DNA of 64,000 bases, taken from contig WBXI01000001.1 of NCBI GenBank assembly GCA_008933025.1, positions 8,998-72,997 of the forward strand. The letters are read 5' to 3'. Positions 57,030 to 64,000 of this stretch are shown piece by piece (the stretch's first letter is position 1; every line of letters starts with the position of its first letter). The notes beneath the pieces are model-generated. The model was given only the letters and a program-made list of their open reading frames with translations, was not told where the DNA came from and did not search any database. Position numbers and translations under genes: made by a program. This DNA comes from Verrucomicrobiota bacterium (lineage in GTDB: Bacteria; Verrucomicrobiota; Verrucomicrobiia; Limisphaerales; UBA9464).

Positions 57030-57953
57030 TCACAGCGCCGACGCCTGCAACAACACCGGCCGTGGTACCGGCGTCCAGTAGGCGAATCCCTTCAGTCGCA
57101 TCCGATACGCCGGCTGCACCGACCGCAACCACTCCGTGATCTGGTCGGCATGGTCGTCGGTGTGATACGTCGTCACCGCGATTTGCGGCGCCTTTGATCG
57201 TATCACGCTCTCCGCACCCCGCAGCACGTCCCAGTCCGCACCCTCGGCATCGACCTTGATCAGGTCGCCACGGCCAAGTTCCAACCCGGTCCTCGCGACG
57301 TAATCATCAAGACTCGTCGCCTCGACCCGCAACCCCGAGAACCCCGGGCCCGGGTCGACGACGACTTGGCTCGCGTCCGCCCCGAGATCCGTCCGGAATC
57401 CAACCGTTCCCGATCGCCCGGCGACAGCCATCGGTTCGTGCACCAGTTCGGCCCCGATGCCATTCGCCGCGGCACCCCGCTTCAGAAGCACCCCCATGTC
57501 CGGAAACGGCTCGAATGCGATGACGCGCCTCGCCAACCGTTGCCGCAGCATCCGAAATGCGAACAATCCCTCGCACGCACCGACGTCGATCACCGTGCTG
57601 CCCGGCCCCAGCACGATCGGCGGCGTCGTGTAGCAGTGGGGATGCTCGAGACGTACCTCCTGCTCCAACGCATACCACGTGTCGCAGTCCGGTGGCGTCG
57701 GCCAAAAGAAATCGAGTCCCAACGACTTCACGCGCACCCGATACCCGCCCGCCGCATCCGCCGAGACCTCGCATCCCTCGCGCAACCGATTCCACCCGAT
57801 CCGATGCCGCAATCGTTGCGGCGACAGGATTCGTCCGAAGCCCTGCAGGGCGTCTCCCGCCGGGAAAAGGCCCGGATGGCGCCCGCGAAAGCGTCGCCAA
57901 AACCGCCAGGCAGCGGCGGCGTCGCGGATCGGTCGCATCGATGGCAACGGCAT
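57030..57953 (-). CDS. FkbM-family SAM-dependent methyltransferase
   Basis: About 307 aa from the ATG at 57953 (alternative 58013). VIDVGACEGLFAF..AFEP..SLDDY......IKVDAEGADWDVLRGA. Confidence 0.7.
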   Translation of the reverse strand: MPLPSMRPIRDAAAAWRFWRRFRGRHPGLFPAGDALQGFGRILSPQRLRHRIGWNRLREGCEVSADAAGGYRVRVKSLGLDFFWPTPPDCDTWYALEQEVRLEHPHCYTTPPIVLGPGSTVIDVGACEGLFAFRMLRQRLARRVIAFEPFPDMGVLLKRGAAANGIGAELVHEPMAVAGRSGTVGFRTDLGADASQVVVDPGPGFSGLRVEATSLDDYVARTGLELGRGDLIKVDAEGADWDVLRGAESVIRSKAPQIAVTTYHTDDHADQITEWLRSVQPAYRMRLKGFAYWTPVPRPVLLQASAL

Positions 57954-58095
57954 GTGCCGCGGTTGTGACGGGGGACGGCATCGTGCCGCAAGACCAAATC
58001 CTTGGCGTGCCATGATTCGGGATCCGCCTTCCGGGCCAAGACTCGCCGTCCGCTCCATTGACCCCACCCGCCTTCGTCGCTTCACTCGCGCCGGC

Positions 58096-59181
58096 ATGCT
58101 GATCTTCGACGCGCATCTCGATCTCGCGATGAACGCCATCGAGTGGAACCGGGACCTCACCCAACCCCTCGAGGCCGTCCGCGCCCGCGAGGCACACCGC
58201 ACGGACCGCCCCGACCGTGGCCGTGGCACGGTCACCCTCCCGGAGATGCGCCGCGCCGGCATCGGCCTTTGCGTCGCCACCCAGATCGCCCGCGTCGAGC
58301 ACAACGCCTATAGCCCGGTCGCCGGTTGGGCGTCGCAAGCCCAGGCTTGGGCCATGACCCAGGCCCAGTTGGCATGGTACCGGGCGATGGAGGAGTCGGG
58401 CGAGATGGTGCAGATCCGCGATCGTGCTGCCCTTGATGCCCATGTCGCGCTCTGGGAGAACGCCCTGGCCCATGGCCTTCCAACCGAACGGATGCCCGTG
58501 GGTTATATCATGAGCCTCGAGGGCGCGGATTCGATGCGCAGCCCAGCCCATCTGGAACGCAGTTGGAACGATGGACTCCGCGCGATCGGCCCGGCCCACT
58601 ACGGCCCCGGTGTGTATGCAAACGGAACCGACGCCACCGGCGGCTTCAATGCCCAGGGACGCGAGTTGGTCCGCGAAATGGACCGGCTGGGATTCATCCT
58701 CGATGCCACCCATCTCAGCGACGATTGCCTCGACCAAGCGCTCGACCTTTTCGGCGGCCCCATCTGGGCCAGCCACCACAACTGCCGCGCGCTGGTGCCC
58801 CACAACCGCCAACTGTCCGACGCCCACATCCGAGCCTTCGCCGCACGGGGCGCTGTCTTCGGCAGTGTGTTCGACGCCTGGATGCTGGTCCCCGGCTGGG
58901 TTCGGGGAAAATCCAACCCGGAAAACACCGAGGTCACCCTCGACACGGCGATCAACCACATCGACCACATCTGCCAGATCACGGGTTCGTCGAGGCACGT
59001 GGGGATTGGGTCGGACCTCGACGGGGCGTTCGGCACCGAACAGACGCCGCGCGACCTCAAGAGCATCGCGGACCTGACCCGATTGTTGGAACGGTTGCGG
59101 GCGCGGGGCTATTCGGCGGAGGACGTGGCGGGGATCGCGCACGGGAATTTCCTGCGGTTGCTGCGCGCGGCGTGGGCGTGA
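58096..59181 (+). CDS. membrane dipeptidase (peptidase M19 family)
   Basis: 361 aa from the ATG at 58096 (alternative 58012). FDAHLDLAMNA..MSLEGADS..GPAHYG..ILDATHLSD..ASHHNCRAL..GSDLDG. Confidence 0.8.
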   Translation: MLIFDAHLDLAMNAIEWNRDLTQPLEAVRAREAHRTDRPDRGRGTVTLPEMRRAGIGLCVATQIARVEHNAYSPVAGWASQAQAWAMTQAQLAWYRAMEESGEMVQIRDRAALDAHVALWENALAHGLPTERMPVGYIMSLEGADSMRSPAHLERSWNDGLRAIGPAHYGPGVYANGTDATGGFNAQGRELVREMDRLGFILDATHLSDDCLDQALDLFGGPIWASHHNCRALVPHNRQLSDAHIRAFAARGAVFGSVFDAWMLVPGWVRGKSNPENTEVTLDTAINHIDHICQITGSSRHVGIGSDLDGAFGTEQTPRDLKSIADLTRLLERLRARGYSAEDVAGIAHGNFLRLLRAAWA

Positions 59182-59341
59182 GCCCCGGTGGGGCGCCCGA
59201 CTTTCATCGTGGATCGCCCGTCCGATGGGGTCGCCTTGGGGATGTCCTGTTACCCGAGCTAAAGAAAGGCACCCCACCGCCGCTGGGGCCGCTTCAAAAA
59301 TGCTCTTCTGCAGGCATGCATTCGCACTATTGTCGCCGCCG

Positions 59342-59872
59342 ATGATCGGGATTTGGCAACGTGCATCGCCGGAAAAGCGTATCGTCGGCATCGGCGTGCT
59401 CGCGTTCTTCCTCGACCAACTCACCAAGTTCGTCGTGGTGGCCACCCTGCCCCTCAACGAGCGCCACAACGTGTTCGATGGCTTTTTCAGCTTCGTCCAC
59501 TGGGGCAACACCGGCTCCGCGATGAGCATGTTCCACGACAACAACGCCGCCCTTGCCGTCGTTGCCGTCGCCGCGCTTGCCGCGCTTTGGTGGGGACGCC
59601 GGCACTTCGAATCCGATCGCGCCCCGGGCCAGATCGCCCTGGGCCTTCTCTTCGGCGGCATCGCGGGAAACCTCGCCGATCGCCTCATCCCGCAGCGCCA
59701 TCACGTCGTCGATTTCCTCTACTTCTATCTCCAACCCCGCGGCAGCGGCAGCGCCGAGGCCTATTTCCCGGCCTTCAACGTCGCCGACATCGCCATCTGC
59801 ACCGGCGTAGGCCTCTTGCTCCTCTTCACCTGGAACACCGCCCCGGCCCCTTCCGAAAAGCCCTCCGAATGA
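59342..59872 (+). CDS. lspA: lipoprotein signal peptidase II
   Basis: 176 aa from the ATG at 59342. LDQLTKFVV..F.FVHWGNTGSAMSMF..GGIAGNLADRL..VVDFLYF..FPAFNVADIAI. Confidence 0.85.
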   Translation: MIGIWQRASPEKRIVGIGVLAFFLDQLTKFVVVATLPLNERHNVFDGFFSFVHWGNTGSAMSMFHDNNAALAVVAVAALAALWWGRRHFESDRAPGQIALGLLFGGIAGNLADRLIPQRHHVVDFLYFYLQPRGSGSAEAYFPAFNVADIAICTGVGLLLLFTWNTAPAPSEKPSE

Positions 59873-60858
59873 CCGGCAATGCCCCCGCGTCCGCGACGGG
59901 AACGTCCTTGGCTCCCGTCGTCCTCGCCGGTCCCACCGCGTCCGGAAAGTCCGCCGTCGCCCTCGAACTTGCCGCGATCGCCAACGGCGAGATCGTTTCC
60001 GTCGACTCCATGCAGGTTTACCGCGGACTCGACGTCGGCACCGCCAAACCTTCCGCCGCCGAACGCGACCGCATCCCGCATCATCTCGTCGATGTGGTCG
60101 GCCTGACCGAATCGTTCGATGCCGCCCGCTTCGTCGCGCTCGCCAACGAAGCAATCGTCTCCATCCAATCCCGCGGACGCCTTCCCATCCTCTGTGGCGG
60201 CACCGGTCTTTATTTCAACGTCTGGCTCAACGGGCTCGGCACCGCGCCCGCACCCGACCCCGCGCTGCGGGCGGAACTGGAGGCCATGCCCTTGGCGGCC
60301 CTGCTCGACGAATTGGCCCGGCGCGATTCGGTGACCTTCGATGAAATCGACGTCGAGAACCGGCGCCGGGTCGTGCGCGCGGTCGAGGTCATCCGGATCA
60401 CCGACAAGCCATTTTCCCAAATGCGCGCCGCGTGGCCGGAGCGCGCCCCGGCTCTCGCCGGACGTAGTTTCGGCATCGAACGCCCCCGGCCCGAATTGGT
60501 CGCGCGGATCGATCGCAGGGTGGACGCGATGTTCGCGTCGGGTCTGGTCGAGGAGACCCAACGGTTGCTCGGCCAAGGGCTCGCCGAGAACCGGACGGCG
60601 ATGCAGGCGATTGGCTACCGGCAGGTGGCGGAGCACCTCCGGGGCGAGCGCGGCCTCCGCGACACGGTCGAACTCGTGAAGGTGCGGACCCGGCAATTCG
60701 CAAAGCGGCAGGGCACATGGTTCCGCGGCCAACTGGACCTGCATTGGATCGAGACGCCGTCCGGGGAAGCTCCGGAGATCACCACGCGCCGCATCCAAGG
60801 GTTGTTGCAGCCGTTGGAAGCCGCCGTGGCACAAAAAAACCCGGTGGCGTCGGAATGA
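59869..60858 (+). CDS. miaA: tRNA dimethylallyltransferase
   Basis: 329 aa from the ATG at 59869 (ATGA overlap with lspA). LAGPTASGKSAVALELA..EIVSVDSMQVYRGLDVGTAKPS..IPHHLVDV..LCGGTGLY. Confidence 0.92.
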   Translation: MTGNAPASATGTSLAPVVLAGPTASGKSAVALELAAIANGEIVSVDSMQVYRGLDVGTAKPSAAERDRIPHHLVDVVGLTESFDAARFVALANEAIVSIQSRGRLPILCGGTGLYFNVWLNGLGTAPAPDPALRAELEAMPLAALLDELARRDSVTFDEIDVENRRRVVRAVEVIRITDKPFSQMRAAWPERAPALAGRSFGIERPRPELVARIDRRVDAMFASGLVEETQRLLGQGLAENRTAMQAIGYRQVAEHLRGERGLRDTVELVKVRTRQFAKRQGTWFRGQLDLHWIETPSGEAPEITTRRIQGLLQPLEAAVAQKNPVASE

Positions 60859-61126
60859 TCGCCACCGGGGACAGGAGGAACAGAGGCGAAAGCCCCTTGC
60901 ACTTCCAAAACACTATTGGGCGGATCGCCCAAGTCAAAGTGATTCCCGGACAATACCCATGATTCCGACCGCAATCCACGGCCTGCATCGTTAGCGTGAA
61001 TCGCCTTCAGCACGATGCCAGCGAAAGCTTTTCACCGCAGTGGAGCCTTCGTTGGGATTCTCTACCCGACCGTCTTGCTTGTTGGCGCAAGGCTTCGGAC
61101 AAGCCAGAGTTCCACGCCATCGCGCC

Positions 61127-62809
61127 ATGCTGAACACGCTGCGCATCCGGAACCTAGCCCTCGTTGCCGACCTCACGTTGGAACTCCGTCCGGGATTCAA
61201 CGCCATCACCGGTGAAACCGGCGCGGGCAAATCCGTGATCCTCGGCGCCCTGAATCTGGTGTTGGGCCAACGCGCCGACCGCGGCGCCCTTCGCGCGGGG
61301 ACCGACCAATGTTCGGTCGAGGCGGTCCTCGACGTTTCGCGCGTTCGGGCTCCCCTCGCCCGATTCCTCGAAAACAACGGCCTCGAACCCTGCGAGGAAG
61401 GGCAACTCGTCCTGAAACGGCTGTTCAACGCCGGGGGCACCAACCGCCAGTTCGTCAACGGATCCCCCACCACGCTCGCCACCCTCGCCACGCTCGGGGA
61501 ATGGCTCGTCGACCTCCACGGTCCCCACGAACACCAGTCCCTCCTCCAACCCGCCCGCCAACTCGCCCTGCTCGACGCTTTCGCCGGCCTCGACGCGCGG
61601 CGCGAAGCCTTCGCCGATTGCGTCCGCCGGCGCGACGCTTTGGCCGCCGAAAAGGCCGCGCTCGTCGTCGACGAGGCCACCTATGCCCGCGAACTCGACC
61701 TGCTCCGGTTTCAGGTCCACGAGATCCACGACGCACGCCTCCATCCCGGCGAGGACGAATCGCTCGCCGCCGAGCATCGCCGTTCCCGCAATTCGGCACG
61801 GATTCTGGAGCTCGCCCAAGGCGCCCTCCAGGGGCTTTCCGAAGGCGACGACAACGCCTCCCAACAGTTGGCACGCATCGGCCGCGCCCTCCAGGAACTC
61901 CAGCGGCTAGACCCTTCCTGCGCGCCCCTGGTCGCGTCGCTCGATCTGGCCACCGGCGCTTTGAGGGACCTCCAGCAGTCCACCTCGCGCTATGCGGAAT
62001 CGGTGGACATCGATCCGGAAAGACTCGCGGTGGTCGAGGCGCGTCTGGACCTCATCCACGGACTCCAACGCAAATATGGCCCCGGCCTCGCCGACGTCGT
62101 TGCCTTCGGCCAGGAAGCGGCGAAACGCCTCGCCGCCCTCGAGGGCCGGGATGCCGAACTCCTCCGGATCCAGGAAGCGACACGGGATGTCGAACGGGAA
62201 ATCCTATCGGCCGGCAACGCCCTGTCCGCAGGGCGCCGCAAACACGCGCCCCGCCTTGCGGAAGCCGTGGCCGGGGAGTTGGCCGACCTGGGGTTCCGCC
62301 AATCCGGCCTGGAAGTCGCGCTGCGACCCGCGCCCGGGCGGGACACGCCGTCGACGGTCGGCCCCACGGGGTCCGACGAATGCGAGTTCCTGTTCGCGCC
62401 GAACCCGGGCGAACCGGCCCGGCCATTGCGGGCCATCGCCTCGAGCGGCGAACTCGCCCGGGTGATGCTGGCATTCAAGACGGTGTTGGCGGAGGAAGAC
62501 GACGTCCCGGTGCTGGTTTTCGACGAAGTGGACGCGAACGTGGGCGGCGAGACGGCCCATGCCGTGGGCGCCCGCATGGCCCGGATCGCCCGGCGCCACC
62601 AGGTCCTGTGCATCACGCACCTGGCGGCGGTGGCGGCCCACGGCGACGCGCACTTCGTGGTGACCAAGGAAACCAAGGGCGGGCGCACCGAATCGAGGAT
62701 CGAACCCGTGGCCGGCGACCAGCGGGTGCTGGAACTTGCCCGCATGCTGGGCGGCGGCACCGCCGCCCGGAAACATGCCGAGGCGCTGCTCGCCGAAGCG
62801 GCGGGCTGA
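61127..62809 (+). CDS. recN: DNA repair protein RecN
   Basis: 560 aa from the ATG at 61127. MLNTLRIRNLALV..GFNAITGETGAGKSVILGAL..SGGELARVMLA..VLVFDEVDANVGG. Confidence 0.92.
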   Translation: MLNTLRIRNLALVADLTLELRPGFNAITGETGAGKSVILGALNLVLGQRADRGALRAGTDQCSVEAVLDVSRVRAPLARFLENNGLEPCEEGQLVLKRLFNAGGTNRQFVNGSPTTLATLATLGEWLVDLHGPHEHQSLLQPARQLALLDAFAGLDARREAFADCVRRRDALAAEKAALVVDEATYARELDLLRFQVHEIHDARLHPGEDESLAAEHRRSRNSARILELAQGALQGLSEGDDNASQQLARIGRALQELQRLDPSCAPLVASLDLATGALRDLQQSTSRYAESVDIDPERLAVVEARLDLIHGLQRKYGPGLADVVAFGQEAAKRLAALEGRDAELLRIQEATRDVEREILSAGNALSAGRRKHAPRLAEAVAGELADLGFRQSGLEVALRPAPGRDTPSTVGPTGSDECEFLFAPNPGEPARPLRAIASSGELARVMLAFKTVLAEEDDVPVLVFDEVDANVGGETAHAVGARMARIARRHQVLCITHLAAVAAHGDAHFVVTKETKGGRTESRIEPVAGDQRVLELARMLGGGTAARKHAEALLAEAAG

Positions 62810-62823
62810 ACACCCTCAGGCCC

Positions 62824-63042
62824 TCACGCCGAATAATGCGGCGGCTTGGAATTGGTGGAACGGATGCGTTCCAGTTCCTGCGATTCCATCGAGTCCCCCA
62901 ACTGCTCCAGCCGTTTCTGGATCCGCGCGAGCAGTTTTCCCTGGGTGATCACGACCTCATTCAACTCGTCGTATTGACGCTCCAGATGCGCGACCGAGGC
63001 CTCGGCACGCGCCAACCGTTCGATTGCCGTTTCCAAAGTCAT
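62824..63042 (-). CDS. slyX: SlyX-family coiled-coil protein
   Basis: 72 aa: RLARAEASVAHLERQYDELNEVVITQGKLLARIQKRLEQL, a SlyX-like pattern. Confidence 0.65.
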   Translation of the reverse strand: MTLETAIERLARAEASVAHLERQYDELNEVVITQGKLLARIQKRLEQLGDSMESQELERIRSTNSKPPHYSA

Positions 63043-63248
63043 ATCTCGTCCTCCCGCTCCGCGTAAAACAACCGGTAGGCCCGGTCATAGTCCGCTTCCG
63101 GCACCATCACCCGTGCCTCCCGCGACAGATCCCCATCGTCGGGCAACGTGGGGTCGACCCATTGCTGCACCGCGGCGATCTCGTGCTTTCCGAGCCACTC
63201 GACGAGCAACTCGGTCTTGATCACCTGCCCCGTGAAGAAGTGTCGCAC
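63039..63248 (-). CDS. DUF2007-like small protein (start uncertain)
   Basis: ..KTELLVEWLGKHEIAAVQQ..REARVMVPEADYDRAYRLFY resembles DUF2007. The GTG at 63248 was chosen because the ATG at 63347 would overlap the divergent ALDH start. ATGA overlap with slyX. Confidence 0.45.
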   Translation of the reverse strand: MRHFFTGQVIKTELLVEWLGKHEIAAVQQWVDPTLPDDGDLSREARVMVPEADYDRAYRLFYAEREDEI

Positions 63249-63345
63249 CCACCCAAGGTGACAGCGACGCGGGGCCGCGCCCAGCCGGATCGCGCCCGAG
63301 AAAACGCCTTCGACCGGTTCGCCCACGCCCGGTAGCCTCGCCCGC

Positions 63346-64000
63346 ATGGAATTGCCTTCCCTGTTGTTCGTGGACGGATCGCCACGGCCGGCTTCCGACG
63401 CCCGCACCACCGCGCTCGTCAATCCCGCCACGGAACTTCCCTTCGCCCACGTCGCCGCCGCTTCCGCCGCGGATGTCCGGGCCGCCGTCGAATCCGCCCA
63501 CCGCGCCTGGGAAAGCGGCTGGCGCGATCTCGCCCCCGGCAAACGCACCGAAATCCTGTTCAACGTCGCCCGCAAGCTCCGCGAACACGCCGGCGAAATC
63601 GCCCGCCTCGAGATGCTCAACGTCGGCAAACCCATCGCCGAGGCGCGCGACGAAGCCGGTCTCGGGGCGCGCGTGTTCGAGTATTATGCCGGCGCCGTGA
63701 CCAAGTTCTGCGGGCAAACCATTCCCGTGTCCCGCGGTGGATTCGATTTCACGCTGCGCCAGTCGATGGGCGTGGTCGCGGCGATCGTCCCGTGGAATTT
63801 CCCGTTCCCGATCGCCTGCTGGAAAACCGCGCCGGCCTTGGCCGCGGGCAATTGCGTGGTCCTCAAACCCGCGTCGCTCTCGCCGCTCACGGCCCTCAAG
63901 CTCGGCGAACTCGCCCATGCCGCGGGCCTCCCCCCCGGCGTCCTTCAGGTCCTGCCCGGCGGCGGGGCGTCGATCGGCGATGCCCTGGTCACCCATCCGC
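63346..64000 (+). CDS. NAD(P)-dependent aldehyde dehydrogenase, N-terminal part (runs off the window end)
   Basis: Hand translation from the ATG at 63346: MELPSLLFVDGS..W..L.PGKRTEILFNVARKLREHAGEIARLEMLNVGKPI.EA..GVVAAIVPWNFPF.IACWKTAPALAAGNCVVLKPAS.SPLTAL.L. Absent from the ORF track because there is no stop in the window. Confidence 0.85.
   Translation, partial: MELPSLLFVDGSPRPASDARTTALVNPATELPFAHVAAASAADVRAAVESAHRAWESGWRDLAPGKRTEILFNVARKLREHAGEIARLEMLNVGKPIAEARDEAGLGARVFEYYAGAVTKFCGQTIPVSRGGFDFTLRQSMGVVAAIVPWNFPFPIACWKTAPALAAGNCVVLKPASLSPLTALKLGELAHAAGLPPGVLQVLPGGGASIGDALVTHP

Noticed and set aside
63249-63635. Upstream part of the 198-aa ORF 63039..63635 (-)
   Set aside because: It is antisense to the well-supported aldehyde dehydrogenase N-terminus that starts at 63346. 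Only the C-terminal ~70 aa resemble DUF2007.

Overview
By eye this is a high-GC (about two-thirds G+C), gene-dense chromosomal segment. It most likely comes from a PVC-superphylum bacterium, probably Verrucomicrobiota-like. The family content supports this: a DUF1559 prepilin-type protein, a PSCyt1 'planctomycete cytochrome c' protein, a DUF1501 protein, and a Ser/Thr kinase coupled to an ECF sigma factor.

I support about 65 CDS, nearly all housekeeping:
- feoA-feoA-feoB, an Fe/Mn SOD and a NifS-like desulfurase.
- An LPS-core-like operon: MsbA-like ABC exporter, GT9 and acyltransferase-3.
- dnaK followed by groES-groEL.
- nth-pyrE, carA, apt and a MarR-CPBP pair.
- An olsB/olsA-like pair plus a GT2.
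- A 12-gene NuoEFG-less complex I operon with two nuoM copies.
- rplU-rpmA-obg-infA, lspA-miaA and recN.

I saw no rRNA, tRNA, CRISPR array, transposase, integrase or phage genes, but no tRNA or ncRNA scan could be run. Because of the high GC, the ORF track is full of long antisense or out-of-frame shadow ORFs, and these were rejected.

No compelling novel multi-gene system (for example a defence island) is visible. The items most worth a second look are:
- The '2M'-type complex I lacking NuoEFG, with nuoI placed before nuoH.
- An unrecognisable three-gene cassette wedged between the nuo operon and rplU.
- A polytopic Ser/Thr kinase translationally coupled to an ECF sigma factor.
- A crossed inverted-repeat element upstream of dnaK, where no CIRCE is present.
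- A GcvH-like protein coupled to a CxCC G3E GTPase at the window edge.
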